Source of the DNA: an uncultured Syntrophomonas sp.
GTDB taxonomy: Bacteria; Bacillota; Syntrophomonadia; Syntrophomonadales; Syntrophomonadaceae
Direction of reading: 5' to 3'
Assembly (NCBI GenBank): GCA_964584415.1
Contig: CAZOZX010000001.1
Span: forward strand, 1 to 62,015
Length of the DNA: 62,015 nt
Shown here piece by piece: positions 49,177-58,272 of the stretch (position 1 is its first letter; each line of letters begins with the position of its first letter). The notes beneath the pieces were generated by a model. The model saw only the letters and a program-made list of their open reading frames with translations, did no database searches and was not told the DNA's origin. Made by a program: the position numbers and the translations under genes.

Positions 49177-50433
49177 TTACCGTATCTGGCCATCACCTTG
49201 AATGATAAATTTGGTGGTGGTAAGTTCTTTGAGCCCCATAGGCCCGCGGGCATGCAATTTCTGAGTGCTGATTCCCATCTCCGCCCCCAAGCCGAATTCA
49301 CCGCCATCAGTGAAACGGGTAGATGCATTGGCATAAACAGCCGCCGCATCGACTTCATTCAAGAAGCATCTTACATTGGTGTAATTCTCGCTCACAATTG
49401 CTTCGCTGTGGCCAGTGCCATATTGATTAATATGAGCGATGGCCTCGCCGACACTATCCACTACTTTGACGGCCATGATCAGATCAAGGTATTCTTCCGC
49501 CCAATCTTCGTCAGTTGCGGCTTTTATACCGGCAACCAGCTGCTGGGTTATCCCGCATCCGCGTATCTCTACCCCGGCCGACTGCAATTCCCCGATCATG
49601 CCCGGCAAAAACTTCTTAGCTACCGCGGAATGAACCAGCAGGGTTTCGGCAGCATTACATACTGATGGCCTTTGCACCTTGGCATTCATCACTATAGGGC
49701 GGGCTTGGTCCAGATCAGCGAATTCGTCGACATATACGTGACAGTTGCCCATACCCGTCATTATCACTGGTACAACCGCATTCTCCAGAACCACTTGTTT
49801 GAGTCCTTTGCCCCCCCTGGGAATCAGAACATCCAGGTATTCGTGCATCTTCATCATGAAAACTGCTGCCTGGCGATCTTCGCTGTCAACCAGTTGGATG
49901 GCCCCTTCGGGAATGCCGGTTTGAATTGCGGCAGCCGATATTATCCTGGCAATAGCCCGATTGGAGTTTAAGGCTTCCTCGCCTCCCCTTAGCACAATGG
50001 CATTGCCTGATTTTAAGCAAAGCGCAGCGGCGTCAGCAGTTACGTTGGGTCTTGATTCATATATTATCCCGATTACGCCAATAGGGGTTCTTACCCGGCT
50101 GATATCCAGGCCGTTGGGACGCCGAGAGGAATCAATGGTTTCTCCTATCGGATCGGGGAGAGCGGCGATATCGCGCAGCCCTTGGGCCATATCACGAATT
50201 CGGCCCTCGGTCAGGGTTAAACGTTCCAACAAAGCAGCGCTCAGCCCCTGCTTTTTCCCTAACTCGAGATCAAGACCGTTAGCTTTGAGTATTTCCTGGC
50301 TGCCGGCCTCCAGTTGTGCAGCCATTTTCAGCAAAGCCTCGTTCTTAATAGAAGTTGAAGCAGTGGCCAGAAATCTGGCCGCCTGTTTGGCTCTTATCCC
50401 CTGCGCAATCAGATTGTCCTGTATACTCTCCAT
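49177..50433 (-). CDS. proA: glutamate-5-semialdehyde dehydrogenase (gamma-glutamyl phosphate reductase)
   Basis: 418 aa ALDH-like ProA with catalytic Cys region (QRPSVCNAAETLLVH). Confidence 0.93.
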   Translation of the reverse strand: MESIQDNLIAQGIRAKQAARFLATASTSIKNEALLKMAAQLEAGSQEILKANGLDLELGKKQGLSAALLERLTLTEGRIRDMAQGLRDIAALPDPIGETIDSSRRPNGLDISRVRTPIGVIGIIYESRPNVTADAAALCLKSGNAIVLRGGEEALNSNRAIARIISAAAIQTGIPEGAIQLVDSEDRQAAVFMMKMHEYLDVLIPRGGKGLKQVVLENAVVPVIMTGMGNCHVYVDEFADLDQARPIVMNAKVQRPSVCNAAETLLVHSAVAKKFLPGMIGELQSAGVEIRGCGITQQLVAGIKAATDEDWAEEYLDLIMAVKVVDSVGEAIAHINQYGTGHSEAIVSENYTNVRCFLNEVDAAAVYANASTRFTDGGEFGLGAEMGISTQKLHARGPMGLKELTTTKFIIQGDGQIR

Positions 50434-50451
50434 TCCTCTTCCTCCTCATCA

Positions 50452-51588
50452 TTACATCGAACATGCCACCCATAGATTATTGCGATGAATTACCTCATCA
50501 TAATCTTTTTCGCCCAATATTTTTTCAATATCGCTGGATCTCTTCCCGGCGATCCTTCTTATTTCATCAGCACTGTAATTGGCCATTCCCCGGGCTATCT
50601 CCATCCCGTCAGCAGCTAAAACTGCCACTACCGTTCCCCGTTCGAAATCCCCTTCGACTCTGGTTACCCCAGAAGCGAGCAGGCTTTTGCCACGTTTAAG
50701 CAGAGCGTTGGCGGCGCCGGTGTCGACCATTAGCTGGCCATGCAGCACGGTGCCAAAAGCAATCCACTTCTTGCGAGCCTGAAGTTTTTCCTCCCTGGGT
50801 ACGAACAACGTGCCCAGTTTTTCTCCAGCCACGATCCGCCGCAAAACATTGGTCTCTTGGCTGTTGGCAATAACCATCGGGATTCCCGAAGCCATGCAAA
50901 CCCTAGCTCCTTTTAGTTTGGTCAGCATTCCCCCGCTGGAAAAGGCTATCCCGCGATTAGCCGAATTCTCTTCCATCTCGGAGGTAATCTCATAAACCTC
51001 ATTCATGAGGTGGGCGTGATCGTCGGTCCGGGGATCATGGTCATATAAACCATTTACATCCGATAAAATGATAAGCAGGTCGGCATTGACAATGGTGGCT
51101 ATCAAGCTGGACAGCATATCGTTATCTCCAAACTTGATTTCTTCCACGACTACCGTGTCATTTTCATTGATTATGGGAATAACCTTCATGCCTAAAATTG
51201 CCAGAAGTGTGTTGGTGGCATTCAGGTAGCGCATCCGTTCGTCCAGGTCTTCCCGAGTCAGCAATACCTGGGCTACTGTTTTCCCGTATTCGGCAAAAAA
51301 CTTTTCATACATATGCAGAAGGGCTCCCTGGCCTATAGCCGCCAAAGCCTGCTTTTCCGGCAAGGTACGAGGTACCTGTTTTAAACCCATACGATTAGCC
51401 CCGGTTCCAATTGCCCCGGAACTTACCAGCAATACCTCGACATCCTGGTTATGAATATCGGCCAGTTCTCGTACCAGCCGTTCCATCCGGCCCAGGTTAA
51501 GCTGGCCGTTAGGATGAGTCAGGGTACTGGTGCCAACCTTGACCACTATCCTGCGACAGTCTTTAAGCCTCTCCCGCATACACAACAC
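50452..51588 (-). CDS. proB: glutamate 5-kinase (with PUA domain)
   Basis: 378 aa amino-acid kinase fold (IVVKVGTS..., SSGAIG), C-terminal PUA. The start may be ATG 51579 instead of GTG 51588. Confidence 0.93.
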   Translation of the reverse strand: MLCMRERLKDCRRIVVKVGTSTLTHPNGQLNLGRMERLVRELADIHNQDVEVLLVSSGAIGTGANRMGLKQVPRTLPEKQALAAIGQGALLHMYEKFFAEYGKTVAQVLLTREDLDERMRYLNATNTLLAILGMKVIPIINENDTVVVEEIKFGDNDMLSSLIATIVNADLLIILSDVNGLYDHDPRTDDHAHLMNEVYEITSEMEENSANRGIAFSSGGMLTKLKGARVCMASGIPMVIANSQETNVLRRIVAGEKLGTLFVPREEKLQARKKWIAFGTVLHGQLMVDTGAANALLKRGKSLLASGVTRVEGDFERGTVVAVLAADGMEIARGMANYSADEIRRIAGKRSSDIEKILGEKDYDEVIHRNNLWVACSM

Positions 51589-51622
51589 TTCTCTTTCCCC
51601 TGATATAAAAATAGCCTTAACT

Positions 51623-52882
51623 CTATTCGCTGTAGTCGAACTCCATATCTTTGATCCGCACCGTATCCCCAGCTTTGATGCCCTTGGCCTTTAAAGCCTC
51701 GTCCAATCCCATTCGGGCAGTTGTTCGCTGGAACCTCTGTACCGATTCTTCCTGGGCAAAGTTGGTCATTGTGACCAGATTTTCAATACGTTTACCCGTG
51801 ACCTGGTAAACGCCGTTTATGTTCTCAATCTGAAATGGCTCTTCTTCCTCAAAACGGCGAATGATCCGGGCCTCCCCGGTATGCTCCTGGGCAGGAATAC
51901 TCTGTAATATCTGATAAGTCTTCTCAACCAATTCCGCCACCCCTTGACCGGTGACAGCAGAAATCCCATAGACCAGATCACCGTACGTCTCCTGCAACAG
52001 GTTAAAGTTATCTTGAGCCCCGGGAAGGTCAAGCTTATTAGCTACAATTAAATAAGGACGATCCAGAAGTTCGGGATTATAGAACTCCAATTCATTGCGT
52101 AAGGTGATATAGTCTTCCATTACCAGCCGCCCGTCCACCTGGGCAGCATCAAGCATAAACAGCAGCATCCGATTTCTCTCGATGTGACGCAGGAAATCGT
52201 GTCCCAATCCGGTACCTTCATGAGCGCCTTCGATTAAGCCAGGAATATCGGCAATAACAAAGGATTCCTTGTCGCGGGTTAATACCACACCCAGATTCGG
52301 GACCAAGGTGGTAAAAGGATAGTCCGCTATTTTAGGCCGGGCCGCCGAAACTCTTGAAATAAAAGTAGACTTACCCGCGTTGGGGAATCCTACCAGGCCA
52401 ACATCAGCCAGCAGTTTTAGTTCCAGCCGGATCCATTTTTCTTCACCCGGTTCTCCATTTTCAGCCATAGATGGAGCTTTATGAACGGCAGTTGCAAAAC
52501 GGCTGTTACCTCGTCCCCCGCGTCCCCCCCGGGCTACCACTGTTTCCTGATCAGCGGCGGTAAAATCAGCTATAACTTCACCACTATCATCATCTATTAC
52601 AATAGTGCCCACCGGCACCCTGACTACTAAATCTTCTCCCCAGGCACCATGCTGGTTTTTCCCCAGGCCATGGGTACCCCGGTCAGCCTTGAAATGCTTG
52701 CGATATTGAAAATCCATCAAAGTGCTCATACCCTCGTCAGCTACGAAAACAACATTGCCCCCCCGGCCGCCATCGCCACCGTATGGCCCACCCATGGGAA
52801 CGTATTTCTCGCGCCGGAAAGCGACACATCCATTACCGCCGTCTCCGCCTTTGATAAAAATCTTGGCATGATCAATAAACAA
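51623..52882 (-). CDS. obg: GTPase Obg/CgtA
   Basis: 419 aa. Gly-rich Obg fold (GGDGGNG, GGRGG), G domain GFPNAGKST, DIPG, NKLD, C-terminal OCT domain. Confidence 0.95.
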   Translation of the reverse strand: MFIDHAKIFIKGGDGGNGCVAFRREKYVPMGGPYGGDGGRGGNVVFVADEGMSTLMDFQYRKHFKADRGTHGLGKNQHGAWGEDLVVRVPVGTIVIDDDSGEVIADFTAADQETVVARGGRGGRGNSRFATAVHKAPSMAENGEPGEEKWIRLELKLLADVGLVGFPNAGKSTFISRVSAARPKIADYPFTTLVPNLGVVLTRDKESFVIADIPGLIEGAHEGTGLGHDFLRHIERNRMLLFMLDAAQVDGRLVMEDYITLRNELEFYNPELLDRPYLIVANKLDLPGAQDNFNLLQETYGDLVYGISAVTGQGVAELVEKTYQILQSIPAQEHTGEARIIRRFEEEEPFQIENINGVYQVTGKRIENLVTMTNFAQEESVQRFQRTTARMGLDEALKAKGIKAGDTVRIKDMEFDYSE

Positions 52883-52888
52883 AATATC

Positions 52889-53416
52889 TCACTCCTTGTC
52901 AATCCGGAACGTTCTGGTCACAGCGTTATCATCTCCGCTGCAGAACAGCAAATCAATACCTTTCTCTTCTTCATATATGGAAAGGTAAACCACTTGATCA
53001 TCATCCGCCGCGTTCAGGTCCTGCTTCAAGATTGCCAAACCGGCAGCAGGTTCCCCGTTTGCTTTTAATAGTTCCCAGGATTCCAGGTCAATATCCTCAA
53101 AACGGAGTGTGATACCTTGATCGTAAGCTGTTAACAACTGATCGTATAAATATAGACTGGCTGCTCCTGGCAGGGACTGAAAGATAATTCTCTCCGCTGC
53201 CATATCATCCAGGATCTTATGCAGATAATCCTGGACCTGTTCAGGTTGATCCAATTGCAGGTATCCGCTGATTACCTGCAGATGGTTTGCAAAATCATGC
53301 CTGACTCTTCTGAGCAGATCAATCATAAATTCTGCCTTCAAAACCATCGCCTCCATGTCATCCCTAATAATAACAAAAACCCCTGAATCGTGCCAGGGGT
53401 TGGTGTCTGGATGCAA
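52889..53416 (-). CDS. spo0B: Spo0B-like sporulation initiation phosphotransferase
   Basis: LLRRVRHDFANHLQVISGYLQLDQPEQVQDYLHKILDD parallels the B. subtilis Spo0B His-helix (LLGHSRHDWMNKLQLIKGNLSL...). Located between rpmA and obg as in B. subtilis. Start uncertain (TTG 53416, ATG 53356 or a later codon). Confidence 0.65.
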   Translation of the reverse strand: MHPDTNPWHDSGVFVIIRDDMEAMVLKAEFMIDLLRRVRHDFANHLQVISGYLQLDQPEQVQDYLHKILDDMAAERIIFQSLPGAASLYLYDQLLTAYDQGITLRFEDIDLESWELLKANGEPAAGLAILKQDLNAADDDQVVYLSIYEEEKGIDLLFCSGDDNAVTRTFRIDKE

Positions 53417-53428
53417 TTGTACCCTAGT

Positions 53429-53701
53429 TTATACGGTAGCGCTTTCCTCAATCGGGTAAACACTGACTTGTTTCTTGTCTCTACCCTTCCTCTCGAATTT
53501 AACCTTACCGTCTACTGTACAAAATAAAGTATCATCTCCGCCAACCATAACATTATGGCCGGGATGAATCTTGGTGCCTCTCTGCCGCACCAATATATTG
53601 CCAGCTCTTACAAACTGACCATCGCCCCTCTTGACGCCAAGGCGTTTGGATTCACTGTCTCTGCCGTTCCTACTGCTGCCAACACCCTTTTTATGTGCCA
53701 T
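53429..53701 (-). CDS. rpmA: 50S ribosomal protein L27
   Basis: 90 aa. [24 protein letters not shown]... Begins directly at the mature-type N-terminus. Confidence 0.95.
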   Translation of the reverse strand: MAHKKGVGSSRNGRDSESKRLGVKRGDGQFVRAGNILVRQRGTKIHPGHNVMVGGDDTLFCTVDGKVKFERKGRDKKQVSVYPIEESATV

Positions 53702-53760
53702 TTGTTTTACCTCCCAGTAAATGCTAACCTGTTAAATGGATAATGTCGTTGCAGGTATAA

Positions 53761-54072
53761 TTAGCCTTCGATCTTTTCGATTTTTATCTTGGTGAAGGCT
53801 TGACGATGTCCTTGTTTGCGGCGATAGTTCTTTCTCTTTTTGTACTTATACACCGTTATCTTTCTATTCCGGCCCTGTTCGATAACTTCCGCTGTCACCC
53901 GCGCCCCGTCGATGACCGGGGAACCAATGCGGACTGCTTGCCCATCACTAATGAGCAGAACCTGTTCAAGAGTTATCTTGTCACCCGCTTCGCCTGCCAG
54001 TTTCTCAACTTTCAGGACTTCTCCTTCATTGACCTTATACTGCTTTCCACCCGTTTGAATTACTGCGTACAT
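53761..54072 (-). CDS. rplU: 50S ribosomal protein L21
   Basis: 103 aa. [14 protein letters not shown]... Confidence 0.95.
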   Translation of the reverse strand: MYAVIQTGGKQYKVNEGEVLKVEKLAGEAGDKITLEQVLLISDGQAVRIGSPVIDGARVTAEVIEQGRNRKITVYKYKKRKNYRRKQGHRQAFTKIKIEKIEG

Positions 54073-54219
54073 TTATACACCTCCACATTTCTTAGACTCG
54101 CCGGTTCCCAGGTAGGCCGGGCAGCCATTTGTAAAAACCTGAACCGAGCGGTTGCAAAAACGTGCAACCATTTATCAAATTAACATATCCGTTGGTTCGA
54201 GTCAAGGTAAAAGAAATTC
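54073..54219 (-). promoter_or_regulatory. structured 5' leader of rplU-rpmA (possible L21-leader-type element)
   Basis: 147-nt gap containing the hairpin GGUUGCA-CGUUUU-UGCAACC and a GC-rich CCGG...CCGG region before the GGAGGUG RBS. The family assignment is not verifiable by eye. Confidence 0.3.
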
Positions 54220-55647
54220 TTAGCCAGGATATATATTATAGTCGTTGAGGCCAAGGTTTTCTGAAGCTACCAATTTTATTTTTTTCCCGATTGATTGTTC
54301 GATATAAGCCAGATTTTTTTCATCGTTCATTATGAAATCCAGCAAATGGGGGTGCATTTCACATACAATTGAATTGCTTTCATAATAACCCAGGTTGGTC
54401 AATTTGCGTTTAACCTGACCGGCCAATGCCATGATATTTATGATATGGCCTCTTCCCTGGCAGTATGGACATTCGTCACCGAATATCTGGTCTATCCCGT
54501 AACGGGATTTCTTGCGGGTCATTTCCAGCAAGCCAAGTCCGGTCATACCGATAATACAAGAGTGCGCCTTATCCTTCTGCAATTCCCGGCGGAGAGCCGC
54601 CACTACCTCATCTTGATTTCGCTGGCATTTCATATCGATAAAATCAATCAAAATTATCCCGCCAATGCTGCGCAGGCGGAGTTGGCGCGGAATCTCTACC
54701 GCTGCTTCCAGGTTTAACTGGCGGACCGTTTCCTCAAAATCTTTCTTGCCGGTAAATTTACCGCTATTGACATCGATAACCGTCATCGCTTCAGTAGTGT
54801 CAAAGATCAGATAACCTCCGCTTTTTAGCCATACCCTGCGCCGCAGAGCTTTGCGCAGGTCTTTCTCGACCCCGTACTTTTCAAAAAGATCCCCTTCACT
54901 ATACTGAATATTGAAGGTCATTCGACTGCCTGACAGGGCAATGAAATGCTCAATCTGTTCCTTGAGATTCAAATTATTGATTATTATCCTCCTGATATCC
55001 CCATCCAGGTAGTCTCTTAAGGCACGTTCAAGAACACCCAAATCCTCGTATATCAGAACTGGGGCCTTGCTAATGTCATAACGATACTTGACCCCATTCC
55101 AGACATCCAGCAAGCGGCGCAGTTCACCCATAATCTCGTTGTCCTCAGCTTCCAGGCAGGCGGTGCGCACAATTATGCCAACCCGCTCAGGTTTGTGCTT
55201 CTCAATCAAGGCCCGTAAATGATCACGTCTTTTATCAATTACGATTTTGCGAGAAATAGAAACATCATTCTGAAATGGCAGTAATACTAAAAAGTGTCCC
55301 GGGATGGTTATGTCCCCGGTCACCCGTGCTCCTTTTTCAGCAAAGGCCTCTTTTTTGACCTGAACCATGACTTCTTGCCCGCTCTTGAGAGCATCATCTA
55401 TAGCCGCGCCCCGGGTAGCAGCTAGCCGCAATATATCGCTGGAATGCAGATAACCGTTTTTAGCCATGCCAATATCGACAAAGGCGCAGGAAAGCCCGGG
55501 AATTACATCTTTCACCCGCCCTTTGTATATATTGCCGACATTCTCTTCCTGATCGGACCAAAATAATTCTACCAGGCGATTCTCTTCCATTATCGCCACC
55601 CGGGTCTCCCAGGGATATTGTTCGGCAATAATGTCTCTAACCAACAA
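54220..55647 (-). CDS. rng: Rne/Rng family ribonuclease (RNase G-like)
   Basis: 475 aa. N-terminal S1 domain (GNIYKGRVKDVIPGLSCAFVDIG), DNase-I-like catalytic region (VIDVNSGKF), Zn-link CPYCQGRG. Confidence 0.85.
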   Translation of the reverse strand: MLVRDIIAEQYPWETRVAIMEENRLVELFWSDQEENVGNIYKGRVKDVIPGLSCAFVDIGMAKNGYLHSSDILRLAATRGAAIDDALKSGQEVMVQVKKEAFAEKGARVTGDITIPGHFLVLLPFQNDVSISRKIVIDKRRDHLRALIEKHKPERVGIIVRTACLEAEDNEIMGELRRLLDVWNGVKYRYDISKAPVLIYEDLGVLERALRDYLDGDIRRIIINNLNLKEQIEHFIALSGSRMTFNIQYSEGDLFEKYGVEKDLRKALRRRVWLKSGGYLIFDTTEAMTVIDVNSGKFTGKKDFEETVRQLNLEAAVEIPRQLRLRSIGGIILIDFIDMKCQRNQDEVVAALRRELQKDKAHSCIIGMTGLGLLEMTRKKSRYGIDQIFGDECPYCQGRGHIINIMALAGQVKRKLTNLGYYESNSIVCEMHPHLLDFIMNDEKNLAYIEQSIGKKIKLVASENLGLNDYNIYPG

Positions 55648-55683
55648 CTACACCTTCTCCTGATTCGGTCTGGATTAATAGCT

Positions 55684-56364
55684 TTAGATAATCTCCAGGG
55701 GAGATAGCAACTGCTCTCCCCGTTTAATATAATTCCCCCGCCGCCAGAAATCCACTATTAAATCTCGGCTTAGACCATGAAGACCGAACATGTCCAGTAA
55801 TTCATCAAACCTAACATTTACGGGTTCATTCACACTGACCAGGGCTCTAATGACCTTGCCTTGCCCGGCCGGTTCAACTGCCAATTCGTATAGTCCAGGG
55901 CGCAGATCTTTCTCGGTACCTTTTTTCTTGCCCCGGTTGGGCACTAGAATTTGCTCCTGGTTTATGATTTCATCCACTAACAAGTCCAGGTTATAGTCCT
56001 GCGGCTTAATCAAGAAAGCATACTCAGCCGTGTTGATTACTTTCATTAGTGAAAGAGTCTCAGCCTTAATAGCACGGCAATCATTGATTCGGATCCCGGT
56101 CGGTAAGGCTTGATTCATTCGGATACTATAGTCGCTGACGCCCATCTCATCCAGTTCCAGGTCGAAATACTCCTTCTCCCCCCAAAGCCCAACCGGCAAT
56201 ACCGTCCCCATCGATAAACGGATGTGGGGATTGAATCCTTCACTAAGATGGTAGGGGATGTCAGCTCTCCGTAAGGCCCGCTCGATAACATGCATCATAT
56301 CAAGGTTGGCCACGAATTTCAGATCTGGACTGACTTTATACTCAGTTCTCAGGCGCATTGACAT
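55684..56364 (-). CDS. radical SAM-associated protein (DUF2344 / TIGR03936-like)
   Basis: 226 aa. Always-paired partner of the upstream B12-binding radical SAM gene. 23-nt overlap with it. Confidence 0.7.
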   Translation of the reverse strand: MSMRLRTEYKVSPDLKFVANLDMMHVIERALRRADIPYHLSEGFNPHIRLSMGTVLPVGLWGEKEYFDLELDEMGVSDYSIRMNQALPTGIRINDCRAIKAETLSLMKVINTAEYAFLIKPQDYNLDLLVDEIINQEQILVPNRGKKKGTEKDLRPGLYELAVEPAGQGKVIRALVSVNEPVNVRFDELLDMFGLHGLSRDLIVDFWRRGNYIKRGEQLLSPLEII

Positions 56365-58207
56365 TGGCCTCCTTTATATCCAGGGCAACCCCAAAATCCA
56401 TACATATCCCACAGTCCAGGCAACCGGCCTGCCGACAGTCGGGAGTAGGCATGGCGGCTTCAGCCATCTGATCCTCCTGGCATAAATATTCCTTGCTGAC
56501 CCCGGTGTCAATAAAGTCCCATGGGAACAGTTCGTCGTAACTTCTCTGCCGATATACATAAAAGGCGGGATCGACATCACAATGTGTAAAAGCCTCGACC
56601 CATCGATCGAATTGAAAATACTCCGACCATCCATCGAATTTACAGCCTCTCTGCCAGGCAGTATAGATCACGTCGTTCAGCCTGCGGTCTCCCCGGGCGA
56701 TTACCCCTTCCAACATGCTGGTCCGACTATCATGAAAGCTTAGTTTGATATTCCTGATCTTGCGCCTGCTCAAATAGCGGCGCTTCTCCTCGAGTTCCTC
56801 TATGGTATTTTGGCAGCGCCACTGGAACGGGGTATGAGCCTTAGGCACAAAACAAGCCAGGCTGGCTCTTACCTCTACCGGACGACGCGAGAAGCGGTTT
56901 CCCACCCCTTTGACCCGGGTCAGCAGTTCCAGGATCCCATCCAAGTCGATTTCAGTCTCGGTGGGCAGTCCCAGCATGAAATACAATTTAACCGAATTCC
57001 AACCTGAGCTGAAAGCTGCCTCAACCGCCTTAAGCAGGTCCTCCTCCGACACATTTTTGTTTATCACATCCCGTAATCTCTGGGTACCTGCTTCGGGGGC
57101 CAGAGTAAGGGTAGTTTTTCGGACCTTCTGAACCTCATTGGCCAATTCAATAGAGAATGCATCAACCCGCAAGGATGGCAGAGAAACCCCAATTCCCTTA
57201 CCTCCATAGGTTCGAACCAGATCCTTCACCAGATTAGTTACCCCTGAATAATCCAGGGTGCTTAAAGAAGCCAGCGATATTTCATCATAGCCGGTACTTT
57301 TTAACTGAGTCTCTGCTTGCTGCTTTAATATCGCAACACTTTTTTCCCTGACCGGCCGATAAATGGTACCAGCGTGACAAAACCGGCAGGCCCGCTGACA
57401 GCCCCGCATGATTTCCAAGACAGCCCGGTCGTGGACTATCTCCATGTATGGCACTATAGGTTTTTCGGGGTAATAAGCAAGGTCGAGATCGCTTATCAAC
57501 CGCTTCCGCACCCTTGAAAGAACCACTGCATTATTAGACTGCATCCGGGCCAGGGTCCCGTCCGGCTTATATTCCACTGTATACAGGGCAGGCACATATA
57601 CTCCCTCAACAGCCGCCAGTTTCTCCAATCTTTCTCTACGGTCCAGTCTGCGGTTGGTCTGGATGTTGGCCAGTAATTCGAGCAGCATCTCTTCCGCTTC
57701 TCCTATTAAAAAGGCATCAAAAAAATCAGTAAATGGTTCTGGATTAAAGACTACCGGCCCACCCGCAATAACCAGGGGATGATCTTCACCGCGTTGGCTG
57801 GCGCGCAAGGGGATGGCGGCCAAATCGAGCATATTTAGTACATTAGTAATGGATAATTCATATTGCAAAGAGAATCCAACCACATCAAAACTGCGCAGGG
57901 GGGTAAAAGATTCCAGCGCATAGAGCTCTATCCCTTCACGGCGCATTATCTCTTCCATATCCGGCCACGGGGCAAAGACTCTTTCCATGAGATGAGGGCT
58001 TTTCTCATTGACCAGGCCATATAGTATCTTGCTGCCGATATGAGCCATCCCAATCTCATAAACGTCCGGAAATGCCATCGCCATTTTGACCTGGCTTTGC
58101 TGCCAGTCTTTTTTAATCATATTCAATTCGCCGCCCACATAGCGTATGGGTTTCGTGACCAGCGGCAATATATCTTTGAAAAGCTTGTCCTTCATACCTG
58201 CCTCCAA
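56342..58207 (-). CDS. B12-binding-domain radical SAM protein (TIGR03960-like), function unknown
   Basis: 621 aa. N-terminal B12-like domain, radical SAM motif CQRACRFCHAG, C-terminal Cys cluster (CRQAGCLDCGIC). Confidence 0.8.
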   Translation of the reverse strand: MEAGMKDKLFKDILPLVTKPIRYVGGELNMIKKDWQQSQVKMAMAFPDVYEIGMAHIGSKILYGLVNEKSPHLMERVFAPWPDMEEIMRREGIELYALESFTPLRSFDVVGFSLQYELSITNVLNMLDLAAIPLRASQRGEDHPLVIAGGPVVFNPEPFTDFFDAFLIGEAEEMLLELLANIQTNRRLDRRERLEKLAAVEGVYVPALYTVEYKPDGTLARMQSNNAVVLSRVRKRLISDLDLAYYPEKPIVPYMEIVHDRAVLEIMRGCQRACRFCHAGTIYRPVREKSVAILKQQAETQLKSTGYDEISLASLSTLDYSGVTNLVKDLVRTYGGKGIGVSLPSLRVDAFSIELANEVQKVRKTTLTLAPEAGTQRLRDVINKNVSEEDLLKAVEAAFSSGWNSVKLYFMLGLPTETEIDLDGILELLTRVKGVGNRFSRRPVEVRASLACFVPKAHTPFQWRCQNTIEELEEKRRYLSRRKIRNIKLSFHDSRTSMLEGVIARGDRRLNDVIYTAWQRGCKFDGWSEYFQFDRWVEAFTHCDVDPAFYVYRQRSYDELFPWDFIDTGVSKEYLCQEDQMAEAAMPTPDCRQAGCLDCGICMDFGVALDIKEANVNAPEN

Positions 58208-58272
58208 TGGGAAAATATCCTTATTATCTTATCATAACCCCCTATAAATTCAAATTGCGGCCCGAAACAGGC

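Noticed and set aside
49198-50699. Several 99-175-aa plus-strand ORFs opposite proA and proB
   Set aside because: They are shadow ORFs antisense to well-supported proA/proB, with no RBS and biased composition.
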